Part shown: positions 33,469 through 43,715 of the stretch, piece after piece
Numbering within the stretch: position 1 is the first letter of the stretch
Layout of the letters: every line of letters begins with the position of its first letter
NCBI GenBank assembly: GCA_000091205.1
Contig: AP006493.2
Source: Cyanidioschyzon merolae
Lineage: Eukaryota
Direction: 5' to 3' (one strand)
Length of the DNA: 64,000 nucleotides
Position numbers and translations under genes: made by a program
The notes under the pieces: model-generated
What the model was told of the DNA's origin: nothing
The model's database searches: none
Seen by the model: only the letters and a program-made list of their open reading frames with translations

Positions 33469-33885
33469 CACATCGCAAACGCCACTTGTCCAGGATGCGA
33501 CTTCTGTTCACGTTGCATCGCAGCTGAAGTTTCGGAAAACGCACAACTCCGTCACGAGCGGGTTGAGCCTAACGATCGCTTTTCTGCTCAAGGAAGGAAA
33601 CCGATGCGCAGAGTCCAGCAGCAAGCAGTATACCTAAAGAGCGCTCGCGTGCAAGGAAGGTGACCTTGGCACCTAAAGTAGCGCGCTCTTGAGTTGGCAT
33701 CTTCCGTTACACATCGAATTTATTGTGTGTTGGTTGCTAGCTGGATCGTGCACAGCAGCGAGTCGCTGTTCCAGCACAAAATTTCCGCGGGCAATGAGTA
33801 TTATAACTAGAAATCACAAAACGGGTTCTGAGTACCCGCTCATGCAAAAAGAGAGACTATTGCTTTGGTGATTCCTCTGCAGTTC

Positions 33886-35754
33886 TCAGGAATACTGACC
33901 AAAAGATTGATATGCCTCTCTGGCTAACCGCGCTTGTTTGTCCTGACAATATTCCCTCCAGAGCAGGAAAAGAATGATTCCCCCGAGTAGGATCATCGCT
34001 GAAGCGAGCACAATAATGACACCGATTACGCTGCGAAGATTCCGCTGGGTGTAAAACTCCAGGCGCCACGTATTCGGATTTGAAGGGTCCTGGGGATAGA
34101 TAATAGCAAAAGAGTTCGGCAGCAGATTTGTCCACGAGCGCTGACTACTACCGGCACCGATCGCAATTTCCTGGACATAATTCAGCATCGTGTTCAAACC
34201 AGTGAAACACTGGCATGCCGAAATGAACTGCCGAGAACCCGACTGGGGACACTGCGTGCATGCATAGAGTTGCAACCCGTTGGTCGCTTGGAATGCAACG
34301 ATCGATGTCGAACCGATGGATTCGGTGAAAGGCCGCGGATTATCGTACGGGGATACCGCCGTTTGGACTGCTGTTTCAAGGAAGTTTCGTGTCTGCGAGA
34401 TCGTATTCAACCAGAGTTCAATCCCATCTGATGCACTAATCAACAGATCCTGGCGACCATCCTGATCTGTGTCGTATGCTGCGGCAACAACCGGCTCAGA
34501 CACGTTGTACAAGGCACTGAAGGATTCTTGTGTTTGTAGCTGAAAAGCGAGACTGTTTTTCTGGGCAGTATTCTTGAGAATCACACCAGTGCTGCCGTTC
34601 ATCACGTACAAATCTGGGAATGCATCGTAGTTGTAATCTACAAGCACCATTTGTGCGCTGGGACGGAGAGGCACATTCGAAGCACCAGACGAACTTGATA
34701 TAGCAACAGCCACAGAATTCAGAAGATTCGCAGAGCCATGGAAGTTGCAACGTTGACCATAGCCACCATTACCGTGGTTGTTACTCACGAACGACAGCCC
34801 CCCATTGCTTGTCAGAGCTAGTATGCTGATCGTGCCTGATCCCGTAAAATCCGCGAACAACAGCTGCTCTACCTGAAGTGAACCTCCAAATGGCGTCCAA
34901 ACCTTGCTCGGTGTCGTTGACGAGAGAATATCCCCCGTCCCCGGACTGTACCAGACTGCGATTTGTGGGCCTGATCCTGTGGCGGAGGGAGGCCCTTGTG
35001 GCGGTCCTTCACGAGAGCGCGGTGGCATCGGATTCGGCTGCAACCGGCTGCTGCCGTTGCCATCACTGCACAAAAGAACAAGATCTGGTAGACAGTCGCC
35101 ATTCATGTCAACGAAAGCAGTAATGTTTTTCTCGATGGAACACAGAGCCGGAGTCCACTGCGATAATTGGAAGGTCCCTTTGGCTTTGCGTCTGTTCGTC
35201 AACACAAGGAAGCTCCCATTCCCCTCAGGAACAAGCACATCAGGAAGAAGGTCTCCGTAGCGGGAAAACAGCATTGCAGTGGAAACATTTGCGTTCACAG
35301 CAATGCTCGCGCCGGATGAAAAGTTGCTAGAGTGACTACCGAGCAATAGTGCCGCTGTACCTGCGTTTGTGAAAGCCATGACATCGCTAACGCCATCACC
35401 GTTGAAGTCTGCTGTAATGGCATGTGTCACATTCTCTGTCAATAAAACAGGACTCCCGAAACGATATAGATTGTGGTTCCAGAAAGATACGTATAGCCTG
35501 CCGGTGGTTGGCTCTATGGCGAGAACGTCGATGTACTCATCCGCGTTCAGATCAGCGAGCTTCAGAGGTTGAAGACGGCCAAGTACGTCTAAGCTCACAT
35601 AAGCAGTTGCGTTTGAAAATGCAGCACCATTAGGAAAGCTCGGCGGGCCACGGCTGCCACTCGGACCAAGCAGTGAAGCAGTAGTACCCGAAGAAACCCA
35701 AAGGAAGCAGACTACCAAGAGCGCACTTGCCAACAAATAGTGTGCCGTCAGCAT
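33886..35754 (-). CDS. ITFG1/TIP-like protein with FG-GAP (integrin-alpha-type) repeats, signal peptide and C-terminal TM anchor
   Basis: 622-aa ORF starting with ATG. N-terminal signal-like LLASALLVVCFLWVSSG. Repeated Ca-binding-type loops DFNGDGVSD, DMNGDCLPD, DYNYDAFPD, DTDQDGRQD. C-terminal TM VIGVIIVLASAMILLGGIILFLLW. Confidence 0.7.
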   Translation of the reverse strand: MLTAHYLLASALLVVCFLWVSSGTTASLLGPSGSRGPPSFPNGAAFSNATAYVSLDVLGRLQPLKLADLNADEYIDVLAIEPTTGRLYVSFWNHNLYRFGSPVLLTENVTHAITADFNGDGVSDVMAFTNAGTAALLLGSHSSNFSSGASIAVNANVSTAMLFSRYGDLLPDVLVPEGNGSFLVLTNRRKAKGTFQLSQWTPALCSIEKNITAFVDMNGDCLPDLVLLCSDGNGSSRLQPNPMPPRSREGPPQGPPSATGSGPQIAVWYSPGTGDILSSTTPSKVWTPFGGSLQVEQLLFADFTGSGTISILALTSNGGLSFVSNNHGNGGYGQRCNFHGSANLLNSVAVAISSSSGASNVPLRPSAQMVLVDYNYDAFPDLYVMNGSTGVILKNTAQKNSLAFQLQTQESFSALYNVSEPVVAAAYDTDQDGRQDLLISASDGIELWLNTISQTRNFLETAVQTAVSPYDNPRPFTESIGSTSIVAFQATNGLQLYACTQCPQSGSRQFISACQCFTGLNTMLNYVQEIAIGAGSSQRSWTNLLPNSFAIIYPQDPSNPNTWRLEFYTQRNLRSVIGVIIVLASAMILLGGIILFLLWREYCQDKQARLAREAYQSFGQYS

Positions 35755-35999
35755 CCAACTGCGCTCACGTATTTTGGCGCTATGCGGGAGTTCAACACAC
35801 TAGTGTGTCCCTAGGAGCTCTATGTATTCCTGATATGACGGGCGTCGATTCTCTGCGTGTCTGAACGCGCCCTCACGAACTTTTAAGATGGCCTTCCTCT
35901 GCGTGCTGAACGTCGTCGCTCGCAGACAGCCGCGGAATTTTTTGATTGACAAAACGTTTTCATGGGCCAGCTTTCGCCAGTTGTGCGCTTTTTCTTTTC

Positions 36000-38900
36000 T
36001 TTCTTTTTTTGTTTTCTTCTGTGCGCAGTGAAGTATCCATCGATCTGTGCCATAATTCCAAGTTACGTTACCCATCCTTCTTCTCCGATATACTGGTCTT
36101 TTCATACGTTCTATCGTGTACCGAGTGCCTGCCATGAGCTCCAGCAATAGCGCATACAGCACCGGTGCTGCCGCTGCACGGAGGCAGAACGGCGTTGCCG
36201 TACCACGGGGAGTATCAACTCGAGGCGTGATTCATTCAACGTGGAATCCGGATTCATAATCATTCTGGGAGCCTGCAAGCTCTGCAGACAGAACTACTGC
36301 CTGCGGCAGCGCGAAGCGATATGTTAGGAGAGAACTACGACCAGGGTGACGCCCAAACGCAGCATACCCGCTCCTAATCCCAGGATAAAGTGGGTTTCGG
36401 ACGAGCTGCTCAGACCTCTTGACAGCAACGGGCACTGGGGAGCATGAAGCACGAGTCTTGTAGACTCTTCCGACTCGCGGGACCTTCCGTCTATAAGGTA
36501 AACTTTCAACAATATTGAAACCTCTTCCCCCTTTCAACGTTCACCTTAGAGGAGGGAAAGAAATTATTATATCGCTGCTAGTTAGTCTAGAGTCTCTGTT
36601 CTTTGTTCTAAGTAGCGCGCTCGGTACGCGCTGCTCCATATCTGAAAGGCATGAGATACAACGAGCTTTTCGCCGTTGAAGGGAAACACGATCCTGACTA
36701 TTCGTTTACTTGTTGTTCTAACATAAAACTTGTATTTGCATTAAAGTCGTAGCAAACTATAGTTTCCAGTTCAATCGTGTTTCAAAGCTCGAGTTAGTGC
36801 ATTCAAGTGATTTTTCGCAGATTCTACCAGAAGCGCTCAAAGTGCGTACGTTTTCAAAAAGATAAAAAAGGAAAGTTATTGAAAAGGAATTGGAGGATCC
36901 CGGAGACCCAGTATCGCCAGCTGGCGGAAATAAACGACAAACGATGCCGAGCCCGGAAGAAGAGGAGAAGATAAAGAAGGAAAAGGGGAGGCCCGACGCC
37001 AAGGGCCGCAAGAAAGACGACAGTACGATGAGACGGTGGTGGAAGCCTGTCTTCTTAAACATGTAAGGGATCCGCACAAGGAAAATTTGCAAGATGCCAT
37101 AAGAATTCGTGTCCAGTTGTACCCCAGGAGTGTTCGTAAGGTTTCTCTAGGACTGATGCATTTGGTGAACGAGATGTATGGCGACGTGACGGACATCAAA
37201 ACAGTCGAGGTTCTGGGAGACTTATTCGACAAGCCCTTTATTCGTCACCTGATGGCTGGCACCGGGGAAGCGTCGAGGAGAAATGAACTAGTGCATGCCC
37301 TCCAGGAAAACTAAGCCAAACTCCGATTCGACGGTACTCGCACTAGGGTTACTCGGATATTTACATCTACAGAGCGATGAAGTACCTCATGGGCCTGAAG
37401 AACCATATGATCGTGAGCCTCAGTCGTTTCGTGATACGCGACGCCTTTGCGCTGTACCCGGGCCTGTCTCGCAAAGGAATATGGGCAATTATCAATGGCA
37501 TCACTAACGATGGTCAGAACGAAGACGAGATCGAATTTGTCGACAAGAAGACATCAAGCAGGAGAAAGAATGAGGATCCTGCAATCCGTGCGGTTATTCA
37601 AGGGCATCGTGCGGTATTGGGGCCGGCGAATCCAGCAGAAAAGATATCAGAGTTGATAAAAGACGAAGAAAGATACCATCGCCTCATCCTTCGGTATTTC
37701 GCGTTTTTGGACCGAGAACTCGAACGCAAGGCAGAGATGAAGCTGAGTAGGGGAAAAATGAAGAGTCGGAGAGACGGAAGGCTGCCCTAATCGTTAAGCG
37801 CTTCACCGTCGTTTCGCTGTGCAACATCAAGTCATAATTTGTGACTATCGACTCCGGACTCCTCTACGGTATCATGAAGGAGATCAGTCCCGAGTTCAAT
37901 GTTAGCAGGGAGGAGTTTACCGGTGAAAACAGGGAGACGCACTGGAAGAACATCTTCAGTTTCAAACGTCTGAACGTGAGCAAGCAGAAGTTCTTCACTG
38001 GGATGATCGAAACCGATGGAGTAGCCATGTGTGTAAACTATCGGCGCTAGAGGACAGATCATCCATTTCCGCCCCCGGTTTCGCCCGTGACGAAGGAAGA
38101 AGAAAAGAAGGAGGCGGATCCTGCGATGCAGAAAGTGCAGGATAACGACTTTTTGGTTGGCGCTCACCCCGGAAACACAAATATCATAACCATCGCTGTA
38201 CCCAGGCGTGCGGAGGATGGTACTGACGGTAACTTGCTTCAGAAAGACATGCGTTTTTTGAGGTTCTCGAGAGCAAGATTCTATCGAGAATCGGGAATCA
38301 TGAATGCAACGAAGAAAATTGAGACATGGAATGCAGGAATGAAGGATCACGTAGAAGCTTTGAGCGAGGTGACGAGCCGCGGAGCGGACTTTACAGCTTT
38401 TCTGAAATTCATGGAAGTTCGTGTTGCCCATTGGGATGCGCTGCCGGAGAAGTATACCAAGCCCCGGTGGGCTCGTCTGCGAATGAATCTGTATTGTGGT
38501 AAGCAGCGGGCGTTCGCGAATTTTTTCAATCAGCTGAGTGCCCTGAAGGAGGACGAGAGCCAAAGGCTCGTAGTGGCGTATGGAGCAGTGCGATGGAAGA
38601 CCCAAAGAGGGTGTACACCAGTTCCAACGACAAGATCGTACAAGGAGTGCGCAAGGCGTTTCGTCACGATACCTATAGATGAGTTCCGAACATCGTACAC
38701 ACACCATGAACTGGGGTGCACACTTCAGAGGGTCGAGATGGAAAAGTGCCAGAGGAGTCCTGAAGATATAAAAAAGTACGGACCGCTGACGGAGGAGCTA
38801 ATGGAAAGGAGAGCGAAAGTTCGAGGATTGCTTGCATTAGTAAGTACAACCATTAATGGCAAGAATCGTTTCGAGTTTGTGAATCGAGACTCTAACGCCG

Positions 38901-39140
38901 CTATCAATATATGGAAATGTGCTGTGATGGATCCAAAACCTACGGAGTAGACAAGAGGGGACTTTATTAGACAACCTCTCAAAGTGGATATATATGAAAC
39001 AAAGTTGGAATCAGTAGTGGATGGCCGATCGAAAAGGACGGGAGGCATCTGCACCTCGGTTGCACACGTCTTGTCTAGGGCGGGTTTCTCGCCACTGCTG
39101 TGCACCGCTGGCGTCGTTCGACTTTCGAACGGCGTTGTTG
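36000..39140 (+). mobile_element. Fanzor1-like (eukaryotic TnpB-like RuvC nuclease) element, family A copy A2; coding region about 36944..38950 is disrupted
   Basis: ORF pieces: a K/R/E-rich region (36944.., MPSPEEEEKIKKEKGRPDAKGRKKDD), 37036..37314, 37377..37790, 37841..38050, and 38087..38950. The last carries Ruv[18 protein letters not shown] (the catalytic Asp of A1's GADAG is His here), the zinc-finger-like [17 protein letters not shown]...KCQRSPED, and RuvC-III RFEFVNRDSNAAINIWKCAV. There is an in-frame TAG at 38048..38050. The ATG is lost (ACG/GTG at 37033..37038). About 900 bp of 5' noncoding region are conserved with A1. Confidence 0.7.
38951..39140 (+). ncRNA. candidate omega-RNA-like conserved 3' noncoding module of A2, ending in hairpin gcgtcgttcga-ctt-tcgaacggcg (39111..39134) at the element boundary
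   Basis: The 190 nt after the stop are about 80-85% identical to the A1 tail. They contain a core (gatcgaaaaggacgggaggcatctgcac) that is also present at the 3' ends of B0, B1, B3. Homology with A1 stops abruptly right after the hairpin. Confidence 0.35.
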
Positions 39141-39217
39141 GTGTGCGGTTTTATAAAGTTAACGTAACTGCTATCACTACAGGGAGTTGAACTGCCCGGG
39201 AACCTTAACTTGTTGCA

Positions 39218-40384
39218 ATGACTCCGCCGTTCTTCTGCCACACCTTCTGTTCAGCGGGGGCGTTTGTCCCGGTGAACGTAAGCCACTTTCGTGCTCAGTT
39301 GAGAAAGCAGGAGACTTGTGAGGAACTTGCTTCGAGGGACGCTTGGGGTCGCTCCAGAAGCAGGGGGAACTGTTTGCATGGTAAGAACTTGCCGAGCAGG
39401 CACCGGCAAGCGTTGCTTTTACTTGGAACGGCGACTGCAGGCTCCAGTGCAGAGGTTCGACACGGCTCGCCAAAGTCGCGAACCACCGAGGCAGTTGAGT
39501 TCCTTCTCGCTAAGAGGGCCTCCATAGACGCCGCTCTTAATGACGCCGTGCAAGCAACCTCCGTTATGAATGCCCGCCTAGCGGAGGCGATGCGTTACTC
39601 TTTGCTCGCCGGAGGGAAACGTGTACGGCCGGCACTCGTCTTAGCTGCGTGCAGAATGTTTGGAGGTGTCGATGAACAGGCGATGCCCACGGCCGTCGCA
39701 GTGGAGATGGTTCATACAATGAGCCTCATTCATGACGATCTCCCGGCGATGGATAATGATGATTTCCGGCGCGGACGTCCAACAAACCACAAGGTTTACG
39801 GTGAGGAAGTAGCCATCCTTGCTGGGGACGCGTTACTTAGCGAGGCGTTCTCGCAGATCGCAGAGAAAACTCCAGCAACCCTTGTACCACCGAGTCGCAC
39901 GCTTGAGGTCATTAGACGCCTCGGAAACTGTGTCGGCTTACATGGCTTGGCAGCCGGACAAGCGCTTGATCTTGAGGCGGAGGGAAAACCAGCAGATGAG
40001 ATCAGCCTACGCATGCTGGAAACGATCCATCTGTACAAAACCGCCGCATTGTTGCGCTTTTCCATCACCGCGGGAGCGATTCTAGCAGGTGCCTCAGTAG
40101 ATGACATTGATTGTATGGAAAGCTTTGCGAACAAAATTGGTCTTGCTTTTCAAGTTGCGGATGATGTCCTGGATGTGACCGCGACGACCGAGACACTTGG
40201 CAAGACTGCCGGAAAAGATGTTGCGGCCGAGAAGGCGACGTTTCCGCGCATACTTGGTCTTGAAGAAAGCCGAAAGTATGCTGAAGACTTGGTCAAGGAG
40301 GCGAAGGGAGAACTCGCCAAGTACGGCGACCGGGCATCATTGCTCTTGGGTTTTGCGGATTTCATCATTCAGCGCGCGAGCTAG
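39218..40384 (+). CDS. GGPS: geranylgeranyl diphosphate synthase (polyprenyl synthetase family), plastid-type with N-terminal extension
   Basis: 388-aa ORF starting with ATG. First Asp-rich motif LIHDDLPAMDNDDFRRGRP, second Asp-rich motif FQVADDVLDVT, and GKRVRPALVLAACRMFGG. Confidence 0.9.
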   Translation: MTPPFFCHTFCSAGAFVPVNVSHFRAQLRKQETCEELASRDAWGRSRSRGNCLHGKNLPSRHRQALLLLGTATAGSSAEVRHGSPKSRTTEAVEFLLAKRASIDAALNDAVQATSVMNARLAEAMRYSLLAGGKRVRPALVLAACRMFGGVDEQAMPTAVAVEMVHTMSLIHDDLPAMDNDDFRRGRPTNHKVYGEEVAILAGDALLSEAFSQIAEKTPATLVPPSRTLEVIRRLGNCVGLHGLAAGQALDLEAEGKPADEISLRMLETIHLYKTAALLRFSITAGAILAGASVDDIDCMESFANKIGLAFQVADDVLDVTATTETLGKTAGKDVAAEKATFPRILGLEESRKYAEDLVKEAKGELAKYGDRASLLLGFADFIIQRAS

Positions 40385-41591
40385 GTTTGTCTGCTACATG
40401 TTTCATGCAGACAAGACAGACAGTTTAGTGCTCAAAGGGAGCTGTGGAGGATAGCTTTCGTCAACACACAGGCGGGAGCGCAGGTAACCGTCGTAAAGAC
40501 AACTTTCTTGTGAAAAGCACCTGTTTGGGCCGTGTGTAACATGTACGTTTCCAGTTGTTGCATAGGGAGTCGCTGTGAACTGCCCCTTGCGCCGACGAAC
40601 GTCCAGGTGAGGCAAACCCGTCATGTAACTGGACGTCGACCGCCGCGGCAGCGCATCCAACATCGCGATGAAAGTCTGGGACAGACTCGGCAAACGTAGA
40701 CTTCCAGGATCTGCCTACAATCATGCATTAAAACTGGCCTAGAGCAGAAGGCATGTAGCGAAGCCCGGAGAAGAGTCGTGTTTCCTTGGATGGCTACAGA
40801 AAGCGCCAACATATTCGAGCGATTCAAGTTCCGGAAATCAATCTTCCAGCATTCCGGGCCGCGCGCACAGTCGGCATAACGCTTTTTGGGGTTTAGGGCC
40901 GTTTACATGAACCAGGATTGCTCGACTGCGTGATTAACATTGGCGCATAAGGAGGCACACATTATATCTCACGAAGAGCGGTTAAAAATTATTTTCTTGT
41001 GAGGAAATTTAAAAAAGTCTACAGGATCCAGGACACCGGCTTGCGTGATACTTATCGGCATCTGGATCAGCATCCATCTTTCCGCTCACGGCATGGCTTT
41101 TAGCGCATCGAATGCGTCGGTAGGAATATGGAGCAGGAACGAGTCTAAGACTGTATAGAATTAAAAGGAACGAGTCATCTTAGCTTACTCGGGCGTGCAC
41201 ACTACACCAGTGTCAGCATAAAATGGAGCAGTGCCTAGAATGTGGGCGTAGACCGCTAAACTTTGGATCTCTTTCAATTATAATCAACAACGGCCTTGGC
41301 GGGCTATTTCTGCGGCTTATTTCAGTTTCTTTTGTTTATCCTCGGCCTTCAAAATGCTGGTCTCTCTTGATACTCGTTCTCCGTTGTCTGCAGTTATGGT
41401 CCATGGACTGGAGCTGTCGAGTTCGGATTACGCTGTTTTCGGTTGTTGTCGACGCATTCCATGTACAGGAGGAAGTCGCGATCCAACTTTTCCTTCGCAT
41501 TATCATCTTCTTCATGTACAGCCTCTGTGCGCCGTTTGCAACGGTATCACTTGAATCTGGTATCGTGTTCCTCTGGGTCCTTCACACCTAC

Positions 41592-41605
41592 CCCCCCCCC
41601 CCCCC
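41592..41605. repeat. C14 homopolymer tract followed by a T-run
   Basis: acccccccccccccc atttttt; lies in a 2.2-kb ORF-poor intergenic region. Confidence 0.8.
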
Positions 41606-42563
41606 ATTTTTTATCCAAAGGCCTGCGGAGCGTGAATGCTTGCATCATCGCTTATCACAATGCCATTGGCTACAACAGTGGGTACCTCACGATATCCTCA
41701 GTTTCCGCACTCGGTGCGGTACTCCTGGATCAAGGGCGTCTTCTGGGCGACTCCCTCAGCGAGTATTTTGTCCATCTTACATAAAAGTGCACACTGCCCC
41801 ATTCAATGACAAATTGCGGTATATAATGTTGACCATGATCGAACAAGTGCTCAAACGTAAATCCAGGCTGGAGATCAAGCCGAGAACTTTTGATCCGTGT
41901 ACGCTCGCTTGGTGCGAAGCGGTGACCACTGTTCATGAGAAGCGATCTCTGGTATCGCAATATTCCAAATTTGAGACCTTTCTCTATGTAAACAGAAGGG
42001 AAGAATGCCTCTGAGAGCATATCATATGCGAGGCATAACGTGAGAAATTCAGTGAACCTTCGGCATGTGCGTGTGTAAAAACTTTCAAAGGACAAGCCGA
42101 CTTATTTTTCTCATGAATCTAGCTGCGGGAATCTCTGCGCGTATGAGCTGCCTTGAAATAGCTAGCTCGAAAACGAAAATAAAACTCATGATTTGAGCAT
42201 GATATGCTTAAGTGAAGGAGAAGATTATATGCGTTTTGATATGAAATGAATGATGGTATCGGTTATTTTACGAACCCTTGTGCGAGGGCGTCGCGAAATA
42301 TCTTGATTCCACAGACGTAGAGCATTCCAGCCGCAGAGGCTTAAAGAAGTCACTACGAAGTAACATCCCGGAATCCTCAAATTACTTATACATCGGTAAG
42401 CCCTTATTGCTGCAGTTCGAATGTGGAGAACGCACATCTAAGAGAATTATTAAGAATAAATAAGCAGGGGCAGAGCGCAGTACAGCGTTTTACGTGAATC
42501 TGACTTGCTGCTCACGCGTAGCGTTCAAGGCTCAGCGAGCAGCAACGTCCGAGCTTGAGCTTC

Positions 42564-43715
42564 ATGAGAGAACCTCCGGTGGTTGCTCGCGATGGCAGTC
42601 TGTTCGATCCCAACAAAGAGCAAGAACGGGTGCGCATTCGGAAAACTTTGCACAGGATCGACGAAGTCTCGTTTGAAGTTTCAGGAGTGGACGCTCCGTT
42701 CTTAAACGCCTTGCGGCGCGTTCTACTTGCGGAGGTGCCGACAATGGCTATAGAATACGTTACAGTTAACGAAAACTCTACTGTCATGAACGACGAGTTC
42801 CTAGCCCACAGATTAGGCCTTGTTCCTGTGCTCGCTGACCCGCGGCGCTTCGAGTTTCGACGGGAGTCAGACGAACCAAGCGCGCAAAATACGATTTGCT
42901 TTCGCCTTCGAGTACCACCAGTGAATCGAAAGGCCCATCCAGAGTGGAACTTGAGTGACGGGGCAGTTTTCGCGGGGGACGATGCAGTTCCCTCTATTCC
43001 AGTCTACAGCGATGACATCATCTGGGAGCAGCTGCAAACTAGAGTTGGAGAGTCGTGTCTTTCATCGACAGAAGGCGCCTCGCCTCATCGTTCTTCGAGT
43101 GACGCTCAGCAGCAAGCGGAAGCAACCGATGGGCTTGCTTCAGCTGCAGACAGCACAGCAGCTGTTGAGCCCGTTCAGGTACAACGAGGAATTCTGCTCA
43201 CCAAAATGCTCAGGGGGCAACGGCTCGACATAAGAATGGAGGCTGTGAAAGGTCTGGGGCATGACCACGCGAAGTGGTCACCTGTCGCTACTGCATATTA
43301 TAAAATGGTCCCTCGAGTACACCTTAAGGGTGAATTGAAAGGCGAACTTGCCGAAACAATTCGTGGCGCATGCGCAGTACACGTTTTTGACATCGAGGAA
43401 TCTGCGGGTACCCTCAAAGTTGAGGACGAATCACGATGCACTCTCTGCGGGGAATGTGTACGCATTCTTGAAGACAAACCTCAGCTCTTGGACTCAGAAC
43501 GTCCAGACAATTACTCGAAGTTTATGCAACCGATGGAAACGGACCTGCGAAAGGTTTACGAAAACGATTTCGTTAGTGTGTGCCAACAGACGGATCGCTT
43601 CGTATTCTTTATCGAGTCTGTTGGGCAGTATCGGGCGGACGTACTTTTCGGTGAAGCGCTTGCAATATTTCACTCCAAATGCACCAAGATTTTGGAAGCT
43701 TTACAGAACGAGTGA
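42564..43715 (+). CDS. DNA-directed RNA polymerases I and III subunit RPAC1 (AC40, RPB3/RpoA-like)
   Basis: The N-terminal dimerisation domain matches the AC40 pattern: FEVSGVDAPFLNALRRVLLAEVPTMAIEYVTVNENSTVMNDEFLAHRLGLVPV. There is an internal Cys cluster CTLCGEC. The first ATG is at 42564; the tracked ORF starts on TTG at 42555. Confidence 0.85.
   Translation: MREPPVVARDGSLFDPNKEQERVRIRKTLHRIDEVSFEVSGVDAPFLNALRRVLLAEVPTMAIEYVTVNENSTVMNDEFLAHRLGLVPVLADPRRFEFRRESDEPSAQNTICFRLRVPPVNRKAHPEWNLSDGAVFAGDDAVPSIPVYSDDIIWEQLQTRVGESCLSSTEGASPHRSSSDAQQQAEATDGLASAADSTAAVEPVQVQRGILLTKMLRGQRLDIRMEAVKGLGHDHAKWSPVATAYYKMVPRVHLKGELKGELAETIRGACAVHVFDIEESAGTLKVEDESRCTLCGECVRILEDKPQLLDSERPDNYSKFMQPMETDLRKVYENDFVSVCQQTDRFVFFIESVGQYRADVLFGEALAIFHSKCTKILEALQNE

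Noticed and set aside
36232-36537. Similar minus-strand ORFs 36232..36537 and 52633..52923 (VKRSEQLVRNPLY / VKRPEKLVRNAVY), considered as a small conserved protein.
   Set aside because: They lie in the conserved 5' noncoding region of family A elements (A2 and solo copy A3). The similarity is nucleotide-level repeat homology with many substitutions that are not synonymous-biased, and there is no start or stop conservation.
41223-42014. The 263-aa ORF as a protein-coding gene.
   Set aside because: Low-complexity translation spanning the C14 tract (a PPPPP run). No recognisable motifs. Opposite-strand ORFs of similar length overlap it. Most likely a chance ORF in an intergenic region.
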